From positions 124,001 through 188,000 of the forward strand of contig RSEE01000030.1 in the NCBI GenBank assembly GCA_003971905.1: DNA of 64,000 nucleotides, in the 5' to 3' direction. Each line of letters opens with the position of its first letter. Position 1 is the first letter of the stretch. A program made the translations under genes and the position numbers. Of this stretch, positions 25,600 through 39,092 are shown one piece after another. The stretch comes from Moniliella sp. 'wahieum' (lineage: Eukaryota). The notes under the pieces are model-generated. The model saw only the letters and a list, made by a program, of their open reading frames with translations, was not told the DNA's origin and did no database searches.

Positions 25600-27372
25600 A
25601 TGAGCAGAGGCGCGACAGATCGGGAAGTGACCCTTGGATCACATGAGGAAGAAATTCGAGCCTGGGCAAGTGATGTGGCCCACGATGAACTTCTCAATCC
25701 GGGGACGGGTCCCGTCGCTTTCACCATCTCCAGCACTGACGGTGTTGCAGGCGAACAATCGACTGAAGGCGCACTAAACGACGGCCTCCAGTATGTGGGT
25801 GCCACCGATGACCGCATGACGGAGGCTTCTAGCCAAGAGACGGGAATTTCGTCTGGCTCAATGGTGCGCTACTTCATTCTGAAGTGCCCAAGCCGTTCTC
25901 AAATCCTGAAAGCCATCAAAAATACCTCACTCTGGCCCATTTCACCCGAACTAGGCGAACGCTTGCTCAAAGCATTGGTGGATGATATCGTCATCGTCTT
26001 TTTTGGCGCAACAGACACTCGCCATTTTGTTGCCTGCGCTCATGTCACCGGCATCAAGGCAAGCAAGAGCGATCTGTTGATTCAGGTTGCTTCCCCCCGC
26101 TGAGTCTATCGGATCTGAGTAAGTGCCTTTCCTCGTGCCAATTTGCCGCTGTTAAACGCTTTATCTGACCCACTCTGATATGATTACACTTCTATTAATT
26201 CAGTCGCAGCTGGAAAAGTTGATCGTGGCTCTCTGCATTCCATTGAGACCGGTTCCCACCCCCTATCGGATGCGGAGGAGGATCCAGAACATGCTGGAGT
26301 ACAAGGAGCGTGGTTTGGAGGCGTCGATTTGGAACCTCACTAAGGAAGAAATCGTGTTTAAACGGCGGAAGGAACATCTCATGGCAGAGCTAGCTCTCCT
26401 TCGAAAGCAGCCTCAAATGACTGTCTCATCCAAGAAAACATTTACGAAGAGGAACCACGCTTCCAACGAAACACAGCCGATCCATACAGAAGCGTTACGA
26501 AAGGAGTCTTTCTCTCATATCGAGCCAACTACGAGAGATGGGGGGGTTAAAACGACCCAGTCAACGTCCTTAACAGACAAGGGTTCATTAGAGGAAGGCC
26601 TACGTCGCACTGTGCTTACACAAGCATGGCAAGCCTCACAGATCAAGAACGCATCAACGGGTACTGGTTCCGACGAGACTCCCAATGGCAAATCCCCCTC
26701 TACGAAAGACACCCTCACCGAAGATGGGCAGGGAACGAAGAATCTACCCAGTGTTGGCGATCAAGCCTCAGATTCAGATTCACCACTTCATGTCCCCTCC
26801 ACGACCAACAGCAATGTGAGCGATACAGCAGCTTCACAAAGCAACCGAAACGTCGAATAATGCCGACCCATCGCACGCATTCGCCGGCCTGACAGTCCGT
26901 ACCACGGTCAAACACATCGTACTATCTGAATTGGGAAACGAAAGTGAGGCGGCTGAAAACGCTGTTTTTACCCCGGGGTGAGAACGGGACTTGGTTCGGA
27001 TCACACCGTTGAGGTGGAATCAATCATCCGCGAGCCGTTCGTAATTGTCGACGTGTTGCTTACCAACCCTCTTCCTTTTCGTTGCTGGCGGAGCGCCAAG
27101 TGCGCAACAGTTGGCACAGCGCATTCTCTCTCCGAAAGCAACCAGGCCGGTTCGTGCACAGAGTACCTGACGGGACAGAGTTGGCTCCTGAAACAGGCCT
27201 CGAACTTCTGTCGTTTTGGGCCGGTCTGGAGGAGACTCCGATCTGCCCCACATGTGGACGTCACTGGTCCAAATCCCCATCGACTGTGGGAAGTACGTTG
27301 ACCGAATCCGACTATTTCTCGAACAACGACGCGGATGATTCCGATGACGGCCCATCGTCTCCCTCCGACTAG
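25600..27372 (+). CDS. Hypothetical protein with a degenerate YTH-like domain, a low-complexity S/T middle and a C-terminal CxxC knuckle
   Basis: RYFILKCPSRSQILKAIKNTSLWPIS...ERLLKAL..DIVIVFFGATDTRHFVACAHV follows the YTH N-terminal pattern. Plausible introns at 26086-26203 and about 26978-27092. Last exon contains PICPTCGRHW. Confidence 0.5.
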
Positions 27373-27972
27373 TAGTGGGTGCGCTGGGTGCGCCCTGGGG
27401 AAATTAACAGAGCGCATGCGCCATCACGCGCCACGCCCTGTGGCCCCGGTCGAAGTACTTCTCCAAGTATTGCCTCTGCGGTTATTTTTCTGCTGGCCAT
27501 CACCTGCATCACTCTCTGTGGTCTACCTCTTTCCTATATCTGTGTACCGGGTGAGATGGATTGTACCGAGAGGAAGAGGGGCATAGGAAACAATTCGCAT
27601 CCAGTACCTGCTTATATGTGATCACCATATGGTCTCACGTATAGCATTAATCCCTCTGTTACTGTAATCTAACCCTATATAGTGTCACTAACAAAAACTC
27701 ACCCGCTGTTGCCACTGGTCTCCTCCTCAGCCAAATGACAGACCGTATGACAGTGTACCATCTCTCTAATCCTTTGGGGGCACAAAAAGATGGTTGCATT
27801 GTATGAAAAAGGGAATACGATTTCCAAGCACTTTATTGCTCATGCACATCAGGCAGCAGCAGGAGTGAAGAGTAGTATGTTTGTTGTCATTCAGAAGACC
27901 AAAAGAAAAGTTCGTCCGAAAAATCATATAACCATTGCGTGCGGATGAATTGCGTGGGTAAGCTGGTATAGG

Positions 27973-30900
27973 TTAGAACACCCCCCCGAATCCATTCATT
28001 CGCATTCCCATGCCTTGCATAGGCATTCTCGTAAGCTGTGGTCCTAATCCCGTTGGGGCAGCAGTGATGAGACGAGGACCCATACTGGCGCCGGGACCAA
28101 GGATGGGCGTATTGTCATCCTCCTCTTCCTTTTGGGCATTCTTTGCCTGCAGACCAGCCAACTGCTTGGCCAAGTCCTTGAGCAGCGTGTTGTGCGTCGC
28201 CGTCTTTTGGACCATGTATGGCTGCACAAAGTCTGAGGGAATTCCCTTCCGCCAACGCATTTCCTGAACATAATCATCCTCCAGCAGCCACTCGCAAGCA
28301 TAGAGCATAGCCGCCGTTGCCTCCCAATTGCCGAGGGAGACAATGTAGTCGAACAAAGACTTGGCCACCTGGCTGTTTGACTCACTCGCCGTCGCGATTG
28401 CATCTTTCAGTAGACGGTCCCGCTGTGACAAGGCAATCGACTCATCCCACAACTTGAGCCGATTGTAGAGGTAGACGGCGCTCCGACGAAATTCAAGCAG
28501 TTCCGACTTCTCTAGGCGGCGTGCGAGTTCAATCATGCCAAACGATTCGACTGTGCTGAGCAGAGAACGGAGCTGGGCATAATCTTCCTCCTCAATCAGC
28601 AGATCAACACGGCTTCGTTCACTTCGGGGATGTCGAGTTTGATCCCGGAAAGAAGAAATCCCGAAGCGAGAGGGAACTGATCCGCCTTTTTCAGCATCCG
28701 CACCACACGGCCTTGGTCCAGTCGTTAGTCGAGCCCAGAGTAATTAGAAGATCATTCAGACGAAGAGGATGCTGCCGGAGGTAGAAATTGATAGCACGAT
28801 AAAAGATCTCAACGTTGGACACGCGTGTGATCAAGTCTTTGAATCCTTCGTGCGTCAGGTCCCCCATACCACCACTCGATCCATCGCCATCATCGCTGCC
28901 TCGTCGTTCTCCGAATCTTTGGTTAAGCAGAAGGGCTTCGGGGTAGGGGCGTACTGCTCACACATACGCGCACGGGGGGAAGTTGATCCGGGACCAATGA
29001 AGTTTAAGGGTACTCCATCAGCTTAACTGGCTGGTACTTGGCTAGGCTCTGAGCGCATAATGTGAAGAGAGCTTTGCTAGCGCTCTCTAGGCCAGCCCGC
29101 CTGGAGGAGGTCGATCAGGTCATCAAAACAGTCCCAAGCGCTCGTATGCACGAGTTAGAGCTCGCAGCTCCTCTGCATGGCCCACGACAGCCAGACCAGC
29201 AATCTGTGCGAGTTTGTATTCGCCCTTCTTGAGGCAAGCAGCGTGCACCTGCTTCCACACGGCCGTATTGCCTGCCTTGCGTGCCGCTTCGACCGCCCCT
29301 TGGTAGTCACCAAGGAAAACAAGGGTAGTGGCCAAGCGGGCATAGTTGGACACGCTAGTGAATAGCATCTTTGCTGCCTCATAGAGAGCATCATTGAAGC
29401 ACTTCTCCCCCACCGACAGCAGGTCCGCTACATTGGTCATGTTCAAGAACTCTTCCATATCCGAAAGTCGGTTCGACTTGGCCAAGCAGTAGGCATATTC
29501 TGTGTCGATGAGCGGCTCGTGGGCTTTCTTGCGGGCCATCTGAAGGAACCGAATCAACTCCTCCTCCCTTCCAGCACGCTCGGCGACCTCGATCACCTCG
29601 CTAAAATGAGACGGATCTTCCGCCCGAATGAACGAGTCAATGGCGTCCTTAACCCGCAGTCCGTCCAGCTGGGCTTTGGCCAGGCGAGACCAAAGCTCAG
29701 GCTGGTCGAGCTTGTGGGCAAAGAGCGCAGCGCGGTCTATCGACACGATGTGCTCGACCAACACGTTCATAGCGTCCAATGGGCGCTGGGCCTTCTGATA
29801 GATCTTGAGAGCCTCTTCGTACAGACCATTGTCGATAGTAATTTTGGCAATTTCATCTTCGTCGTACTCTTGGAGACGCTCGATCAGGCTCATGACCTTA
29901 CCTTTGTCTGTCCGTACGGCGGTAAGAAGAAGGAGGTTCTGCAGGGAACGGTTGTCATTGAAAGCCGAGGGCTCCAGGGTGATCTTCTCTAGTAGCTCAA
30001 TCAGCTCATGAGGCAAATCGGCCGCCATAAATGCCTTGACCGTCACTGAAACGTCCTCGGGGTTGGTTGACTCTGGCACGGCCGTCGCAACGACCTGGTC
30101 GATCAGCTGGCGGCGGTGCACGTTCTCCGACGTGAGCACTTGGTCCCAGAGTGCCAGGTTCCGACGGAGTACGAGGTAACGAGCCTGGTGTTTGAACATC
30201 CTGTTCGCATTGGTAACGCGAACCAGATCCTCATCGCAAAAGCCCTTGGCATAAGCAATGTAGGCCAAGAATGGGTCTCGCTTCTCAGAGTAGCTACCGA
30301 TCAACTTGGGGTCATAGAGGGAGTTCTCTTTCAGGAATTGTTCGGGGTTGTGGTTCGTGTCAATGTAGATCTTGGCCAATGCGTTGTACAACGCTTGGTC
30401 CGTTTTCCCCGCCGTGACGCGGCTTTCGATCCAGGGCAGGATGAGCTTGAGGCGATTGCGCTTCTCCACTTCGCCAACGAGGTCGTCGACGGAGAAGTGG
30501 CCCGTGACAGAGGCCAGCAAGTTCTTGATCACCCCCTCATCAGTCAACGTCTAGAAGAGCCCCAATGACTTCGGGTGTGCGTTCCGAATTAACCCGTTGA
30601 ACATATGTCCCTGAACTGGGGCATCATCTTCTGATACAAGTAGAGCACCAGGTCATGAACATAGTCGAACCGGTCGCATACAATAATGAGAGGCAGTTGG
30701 TCTTGGAGCTTGGCCTCTTTGAGGAAATTTTTGACCTTTTCGGGATTGTAGTAGTTGGACTCGCGTACGACGCGCTCCACCTCGCGGATTTGACCTGTGC
30801 GAGTAGCAGCTTGAATGTACTTGAAATGCACCTCCGGATCTGTCGACAAGTTGACCACCGAACCAAGTAGTAGTAGTACAGCCCCTCGAAGCTCTTGAAC

Positions 30901-33066
30901 CTTTCAAACATCTCAATGAGCTTGACTGGGCCAAGGAGATCGGAGTACTTGGTTGCAATCTGCACCACCACTGCCAAATTCTGGCGAATGTTGACCTTGA
31001 GCATCTCCTCCATACACTCGAAGCTCTGCTCAACTGTGAGACGACCAAAGTATTCGACAAGCCACTGGGTGTTGATCTGAGGCGTTTGCACCACAACCCG
31101 CTTAATATCACGTATGTCATCATAATGTTCAAGCGCGCGCTGAAGCAGACCTGCTTTCTCAGCCAGGTTGGCAATGCGAGGTCCATCGTAGTGGGTGAAC
31201 ATGTTGTTGCCCAAGATAGCGTCTGCAACCTGAGGCGCGTTAACCAGGTTCATCTCTAGAAGACGGGTCTGAAGGCGTCCTTGTTCGGGCTTGTTTTCCT
31301 TGAGCACATCAAGAAGGAATGAGGTTGCTTGCTGGATCATGTTTTGGCTCATGAAGATATCGGTCACCCGCTCCACATCGACCAAGGGGCCAGTCTCATC
31401 CTGCACCAGTGTCGAGGCAAACTCGGCCCCCTTTTCGGGATCACGACGAACAATGTGCTGAAGAAGCGTAGCATAGTCGGGCGTGTATCCCACTTTGCGC
31501 GAATATAGAACAATCTTGTCCACTTGACCCAGCTCGGCCATGGAGGCAACAACCTTGTTGGGTACGTTGGCCCGCAGGTAAATGCTCAGAGCCAAGCTCA
31601 TATCGGCAGGACGAGCGATGTCACCCAGTTCTTCTGAACACTCAACTTTGTTCTCCTTGAGCCACTTCTCCAGCAGATGCTTGCGGCCCTGCTGAAGCAC
31701 GGGATGGGCGAGTTCAAGTGACTCGAACTTGTTCAGACTGCCACGCTCAAGGAGGATGCCAAAGTATAGGAGGATGGGGCTTAGGGTTCCGTGCTGGGAT
31801 GGGACCTGCTTGAACCTGGCAATCGTTTCGGGTGTGCGAAGAATGCCACGCGGGCTGTTGGCTGCAGTTTTGGCGGCCTCCCCGAATTGGCCGGAGGCGC
31901 ACAAATTGTTAAACTGCTGAAGGTAGAGGTCATCTGCTCCAGGGAGGTTGCCCCGAGAGGCCAACTTGAATGCGAGCTGGGTATTGTTGAGCATGTTGAG
32001 CGTATAAGGCACCAGCGTGTTCTCGTCAACCGCGACCGACAACACCTGACCCTTGCGATTGACGGCAATTATACCGCTCATCGACTCGTATGGCGCCGAT
32101 GTGAAGATAGTCTCACCAGAGATGCGGTTCATGTAGATGCAGGTGCCTGTTTCGAGGTCGTAGAGGTGTACAAAGCCGTACTTGGTGATCAAGTAGATGA
32201 TCCCAAACCGCTTGCTGATCTGCATGGTTACAGGAAAGTCATTGGCCGCCTCGGGGGGAAAGAAGACATCGACGGCCTTCTTAGAGAACGCAGGCTGGCC
32301 TTGCTTGTGGTCGATCTCCACAATATGGAGACGGGCACCCGTGGCAGTTCGAACCGAAAAGGTGAAGAGCTTGTAGGGTGTAGAAGCTTCATCCGTCGTA
32401 AGCTCGGCAAAGGCGGCGGCATGGCCCTCGATCGGCTGAGAAACGTTGAGGCGCTTGTTGTAAAGCTGGATGCTACCCTTGATCTTGAAGCCGCCAGGAA
32501 CCGTGTTGCCTGAGATCCCAACGAGAGCCATCCATTCGCCATCGGGCGTAGCACGGTAATTGATGATCTGGGAGCCCACGAGTGAGGAATGGCGGTCGAA
32601 GACCTTGGTCGGGTCACCTTCAATGTCCATGGGCCAATGGTACACAGCGTGGGCGGTAATGAGGCCGAGGGTGGACTCGTTAATCCAGATCCAGTACACC
32701 ACGTCTTCGTTCATGGTATGACTCTTGACCTTGGTCTTGGCCTCAAGGCTAAATATCTGAAGCTGACGGCCAGCCTTGAGGGCGAGGACGCGCTGGTAGG
32801 GTGCATGATGGCTGAGTCGGCTGAGATGGGTCGGCGCAGGCTGCGAAATAACAGGAAGGAGATTAGCTCGTGAAGGGGGAAGAAAGGAGAGCTACGCACA
32901 CATTGCTCACGTTGTTGAGGTCCACAATGACGACGTGACCATCTTCGCGGACACATACATAATTCTCAGACTCGAGGGTGACCGAGGCAAATGAGATGGC
33001 TGTGGGCGGGATACCCAGGCTGGTGAGCCGAACGTGCTCCGAAAAGACGATGGGCTTGTCGGCCAT
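27973..33066 (-). CDS. CHC1: Clathrin heavy chain
   Basis: [65 protein letters not shown] and [18 protein letters not shown]. Intron near 32841-32898. Confidence 0.97.
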
Positions 33067-33438
33067 GGAGCGGGGGGGGGGGTTATAAGAGAGCAAGAAG
33101 GGGTGGGGGTGGGGGTGGGGGGTGGGGGTGGACGCGGGACGGGGGACGGAGGCAACAGAAAGCGCTGCTGGTGGCTCTCTCATCTGCCTCTGGGGCGTTT
33201 ATTAGCCTCCTGGCTCAGCGTCCGCACCTCGCCCAAGGCGCCCCATCGGCGTAGCAGCACTGCTCCCGTGCCTGCCCTGCGCCACACGCCTCCCCGACAG
33301 GGTTGCTCCCCTGCTGCCTTTTCCATGTCGCTCCCAATACCGTTGTCTCCTCTTCCGATACCCACCGGTCCAGGCCAATCCGTCACCGTGGTCATTGACC
33401 GATCATCAAGACTATCATGACAGGACAGCTCGCATACC

Positions 33439-35329
33439 TCACCCGGCGTAGACACAGGTGAAGCAGCACCCAGGTCTCCTATCCTTCTGATGATTCGGGC
33501 CTCCATCGCCAGGACAACCCCCGTATTTTGCATCCATTATCGGCAATATCTGCCTCTCCCCCCCCCATGAGCATTCAGCGTGCACTGCCCCCAGCATGTC
33601 TAGCAGCTGGTCCCACTTGTGCACCGACTCGGCATAGAGCTGGACCTTACCCTGGGCCAGTCGCCCAAGCACCTGCTGCAACTCGGCGCGCTTCGCATAC
33701 TCAAACAGCAGCCACTCTGTCAGCACCTGCTGCGAGAACGCATGCAGCACCTCGTGGCTGTTGACCACGGCGTCCTGCAACTCCTTGATGCGCCCGTCCA
33801 GACGCTGCATTCGCTGCACCCGCGTCCGCTCCTCGTCCACGCCTCGCCAGGCGTCCAGCTGGTCCCGCAGGTACCCTGTAATGCCAGCACCACGGACACC
33901 CCCATGTCCCATGCCCAGTCCACGTGGTGATGCGAGCGACGCGAGACGGTCTCGTTCCGTCACTACCGCCGAGAGGTAATCAGTGAGTTCTTCAAAGTCC
34001 ACTTGTTTGCCCTCGCGGGTACGCAGCAGGTGTTTAAACGCTTGTCCATATGCCGATAGCGCCTGCAACATTGCCAGTGTCTCGTCGTTTGACCTTGCGG
34101 AATCAATTCGCTCGAGACGGGCAAACTCCAGGACCGCGCCGGCAAATCGACGCAGCACAGCGGCCATGCCCGTCTCCAGTTCGCCAAGGGTATCCATCGA
34201 CGATGCAAGTTCTTCGTAGTCAATCGCCAAATCTGCGCCACAAAGAGTGAGGTTAGTCCATCGGCCATGCATGTTGTTTTTTTTTACAAGGATCGTTGCA
34301 TCACACGATAGACATACCTGCTGATCGGTTCCGTCCTCGGATCACAGCACGCTCGATTGCGTTCATACCTTCCTCAATCGGTCCATCTCGCTGCCGAGAG
34401 CAGAAAATCGATCGTCGGGCTTCTTGACCTTAGTGAACACATTGACAAGAGCATCTGACCAATTATCTAGCAACCCGGGAGCTCGGTTGGCATCTCCTGT
34501 TGCCGCCAGGTTCGCCGCCTGGTTGGAGGCAGATATGTGGGCATGCATATCTACCGCCTAGATAAGTAGTACATAGTAGTCAAGGTCAGTCTGGGACAAG
34601 AGCATTGTAGCAGACGCAAACGTACCCATTCGGTAGATTCAAGAAATGAGCGCAACATGGCATTCGCATCAGTGTAGGATGACGACATACCCGCTCAAGG
34701 AAGATCTGCAGGTCTTGGCATCGGCGCTCAATAAAATCGGGGCTGAAACGATCGCCTGTCACGTACTCTAGTCGATGTTTCTCCGGCAATGGGGGTACAA
34801 GGCAAGCGGGTGCTTCTCGTTGCAGCGCATCGTGAAGGAACTCGAAATCCCGGTACCTCCTCCTCGTCATGCCACGAGCACGATTGAAATGGGGCAGGTT
34901 TGTCTCGGTCCGGATGCCGTACGACACATGTACGTCTTTGCCCTGGTTGCCACTCGTCATACCTCCATTTGCAGCTGCAGCCGCAACAGAATACTCGTCC
35001 ACAACGGCAGTGGATGATGCAGCTGTAACAGGGCCGATCGCACCTTCCTTCTGAGGATCGTACACTTGAACCATCAAGTAACCTTGCCATTTAGGGAGTG
35101 GAATGTGTTCACCGGCCAATGCCGGGCTAGCACCCAGAACAAGCGGGTCCAGCCTTTCTGGTCCATTTTCAGCCTTATGGTTTGTAGCGATGGATGGGGA
35201 AGTGCAGGTACGCGGGGAGTATCTGGAGGGCCCCACGTCGCTCAGAGTGGCAGACTGGATCGGATCGCTGGGAGCGTCAGCGTCGTCCTCCCACCGGACT
35301 GAAGTGAACTGGTCGTTCAAATCGGCCAT
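33439..35329 (-). CDS. SNX4: Sorting nexin 4 (PX-BAR)
   Basis: PX motif RRRYRDFEFLHDAL....PACLVPPLPEKHRLEYVTGDRFSPDFIERR, then NVFTKVKKPD.RF and R..KQVDFEELTDYL. Two introns. Confidence 0.9.
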
Positions 35330-36062
35330 GGCAGAAGTGGGGAGAGTGGGGCTGTAAAGTCAAGGGTGGAAATGAGCAACGGCGACGAGGCAGAGACGGT
35401 GAGGGCAGACTGGAATATGCCACAGAGTCGAGAGGAAGCGATAGATGGTAGTAGCGAATTGCCACGAGGCCCAGGTAGCCCCAAGCGTTCCTGCGCCCAA
35501 GCCAGATCCGACTATCTAAAAGCCGGTTGCCGGCCCAGCCAGCCCTGACGTAATATGAAACCTATTTCAACATTGCAGTTGGCACTGGCCGAATGGGCCG
35601 CACGTGCGCGAGGCCTGAGGCAAGTGCGATATACGATAGCCGACCGGTGATCAGTCACGCGAATTTCTATTCAACGGCCTTGTTGGATTGGTGCGCCGGC
35701 GTGGTGCACAAGTGCTTTGCAACCAGCACTTCATTGCTTCGTGTCCACGATACCACAATCCATCAATCCTCATCCTTCGGCGTCTTCAGTCCCATAATGA
35801 AGGGCAGTACTTACCTCTCATACTTATCTACACCAGCTCACGACACCTTGGGTATCGCAATACCAAAGACCAAGCCACCACTCTAGGTGGAATCTATATG
35901 ACTGAAGCGAGCAAAAACAAACCGGATGAGAGGGGAATCAGCGCAGCGTCCATTAATCAGCGGAGCCCCTCCAGGCCAGTCTGAAGGGAAGCCAAGAGCG
36001 CCATGGCCGCCCACGGCTGCACACTTCCCCTAGAGGCCAATGGTAGGAAACGGGCATGCCAT

Positions 36063-37800
36063 TTACTCAGGGCGATCCACGGTATCGACGACCCAATTCA
36101 ACAAGATCTTGAGGGTTAGAAGGACATAGCGGCAAGCACGCGTCCAAGTCTGGTCGCTCTCAGTACCACCAGCCAATCCATTGCGACCCAACAGTGCGGT
36201 AGGAAGACGCAACGACGTCTCGCCAATTTTATCGCGATTGATTTGGTGGGGGAATCGAACGTCCGGGTCGGTCTTAGATGCATAATTCATCAGTTGTCGT
36301 AGACACTCTAGAAATGCTTCCATCCCCTTGTCGTACCGCTTGGCCGTCTTGCCCCACAGTAACTCGACTGACCACGAGTTAAGATAGTAGAGTTCATATT
36401 GCTCGGCATCTTTCTCTTTTGTTGCATTCCGCTCGATAGCCGAGAAAGAGCCCTTGGGGTGAAGAGTGTACCTTGCAACCACCTGTCGTCAGCCACCTGA
36501 CAAATCTCAGAGAAGGAAGAGAGACATACCCAGCAAACGTGACATCACATTTCATCGCCAGTGTGTCCAACAGTAGCACCGTTTGGCCCAGGCAGCATTG
36601 ATCTCGTCCCATTCAACAGTCTTGTCCTTCTCGTGCGCCCCTGGAAGGGAGCCTTTTCCGAGCCGAAGGCCGTTGATCGTCATATACCCATGGTCGTGAC
36701 CAATCGAAAATACATCGTGCAACACATTGCTAGCTTGGAGTCGTTGTAGCAGAGCAGTATCCAACGCAATGGTCTGTTTGAGTTGCGCACTCTCAGCTTT
36801 GAGAGAAGCCAGGGCGGAGGTTGATGTGGTGAAGGCAGTCCAAAACCTACATTGAGACGATAGTCAGTTTTTCTGGAGAGAGAGGGGAGGGGGAAAAGGA
36901 AGAAAAACGACATACTCATCCTCTTCTTGTGTTAACTGTGCATTTGCTCATCCAGGTCGCGCAGTTCGGCCTCCAGGGCCTGCTTTTCGCGTTCGGACTG
37001 AACCAACTCATCATGTGCTTGCTTTTCTTGGACAAAAGGTCAGAGAGCAAGGTAGGGGTATGAGGGCGGGGATCTGGGTTATGCTGGTGGTCTGTTCGAG
37101 ACGAAGTTTGCTCGGCAGAAGTGAGAACGGAGGCGACATGGCCCAGTGCTCCGGTACGGTACGAAGCGAACTGAGCTCAGCTTCCATGAGCCAAGCATGT
37201 CGTTGGTACATTGGCTGCACAGGGGGTGGTGAATCGTACCCTCGCTTCCCCTCACGTCGCCCGAAGCGGAAGAATGGGAACTGGATCGGGAGCTTGATCG
37301 GGCAGGAGGATTATGGGCATTGAGCAAGTCCATCAAGCGCGTGCGCACAAGAACCCTGTTATTCGAATGGGGATGATCACCGCTGGAAGCATCCAGCGTT
37401 TGGGGTGCTGAGCGATCCGCGTCGATGAGTGACCGGCAGCGGAAGCCAAGTCAGCGGGAGGCATGCCGGGATGCCACCGTGCGGGATGAGGATCGTAGTG
37501 GAAAGCCAGGAGCCTGTGATACCGGTAGAGGCCAACACATTGCTGGGATCGAGCATGCTGCTGTCCGACATATCGTCGAAGCCATGTGCAGGCTGCAGGG
37601 CTTGAGCGAGTGAGGCAGAGAGGGTAAGGGGCCTTACAGCGGGAACACGTGTCATCTGCATCGCCGGCGGCATCCACTCGGCGCGCCTCCGCGGGTCGCC
37701 TTCCGACACGTGTGCTAGTGTTTGATGGTAGCTGGGGGAGATGTTGTGCCTGCCCGGCCCAGAGGAGGTGGCATGGTGTGGTGGTGGGATGGGCTGTCAC
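36063..37800 (-). CDS. ATG6: Beclin-1/Vps30 autophagy protein; start uncertain
   Basis: CSRCKAP, HHPLCSQC, a coiled coil, NVLHDVFSIGHD..YMTINGLRLG, VEWDEINAAWGQ, YD.GMEAFLECL.QL and WTRACRYVL..LK. Confidence 0.9.
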
Positions 37801-38459
37801 GTACTCCTCTACCTCCGCCTCAGGCTGATGCCTCTATCGTCTAGCCCTCTCCGTATCGCATCAGCGCCACTTTAACGAGCGGGCGGAATCGCATCTATAA
37901 TTCCGCTCGCCACCTCTTTTGCGCGCCGGGCTCGACCAATAACACAGGACTCCAGGTCAAACTGCGCCGGAAGGCATAACCACGGCGCCCAGCTGCGCCT
38001 CACTGCACACCACACACCTTCCAGGCCAGGCACACCCTGCGACCACCATCAACGTCACAAGGGCTGAGCGCGCTGACCCCGCCTAACCACAACCTTCCAA
38101 TCCATCCGCGCCATGCAAAGGCGCGAGCACTGGAACAAAACATATACCACCTCTCTCTCTCCGCCCAGTGTCCGCCGGGCCGTACCTAGCCTACTGATAG
38201 TCGGCGTACGGCCACTCCACACTAGCTGTAGCACTGCCGCCGGTCTTTACTTGAAATGGGGTCACATGAATGGCAAGAGGCGCCAATTTTTGAGCAGGCC
38301 AAAACCATCGGCATGAGCAGGCTCGATCGCCCCCCCTCCAGTATAGGCAGGGTGAAGGCGTCTCCGCCGTGCAGCAGGAATATGCAGTAGGGCATCGTCC
38401 CAACCTGAGGCACAGGGAGAGGCACAGTACCCCCGCAAGGGTAGTGAGATGAGCGCCCC

Positions 38460-38771
38460 TTACATCTTGCGGCGGAAGGAGCAGCCCTCGGTCAGACGGG
38501 CCTTGCCACCAGTGGGCGTGGCCAGGACCTGGGTGCAAGAGCCGCACACAACAACCGTCTGGGCGTGAGAGAAGACGGTGGTCAGGCAAAGCACCCAGGG
38601 CACTTGATGTCCTGGAAGTACGAGCGAGGCTGCTGGACGAGCAGCTTCAGCTTGTGGGTACGGGCCTGCTGCTCGGCGCTGGGGTTGAGGAGGTCGACGG
38701 CCAGAGTCTGTGGGAGTCGGAAGCATTAGTGCGACTGGCACAGGGCATGCGGAGGAGGCCAAACGTACCAT
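38460..38771 (-). CDS. RPS27: 40S ribosomal protein S27 (eS27); intron 38709-38768
   Basis: LAVDLLNP....[56 protein letters not shown]. Confidence 0.95.
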   Translation of the reverse strand: MVRLASSACPVPVALMLPTPTDSGRRPPQPQRRAAGPYPQAEAARPAASLVLPGHQVPWVLCLTTVFSHAQTVVVCGSCTQVLATPTGGKARLTEGCSFRRKM

Positions 38772-39092
38772 CTTGGGCAGCTAGGCGAGAGTGGGCGTGG
38801 TGGGGGTCGATGCGGCCTGGGTGGCACCGGGGCTAGTGCGGTTGGCCTGGAAAGTAGGGTTGCTGCGACGAGGCTTGGAGGGTTGAGCACAGCACGTCAG
38901 AATTTAGTGCAGCACTGGCACAGTGTAGAAAATCTTTATTACGCCTCCGGACAGAAAGACGGGCATGAGACCAGCGGTGCCGCAGCCGCGCTAACCCTAT
39001 CGCACCGCCTGGGGCCCAATCGGGCCCGCCAGAGTAGGACGCTCACAGCGTGGTTCAGCGACACCTCCCCACACCAGCAAGAGTCTTTCCCA
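38772..39092. promoter_or_regulatory. Bidirectional RPS27/RPL19 promoter with TAGGGTT at 38855-38861 and AACCCTA at 38993-38999
   Basis: Head-to-head ribosomal protein genes about 320 bp apart, with two inverted copies of the motif. Confidence 0.6.

Noticed and set aside
36960..37240. Apparent loss of the DHPLCxxC motif in Atg6
   Set aside because: The motif is present as HHPLCSQC in another frame.
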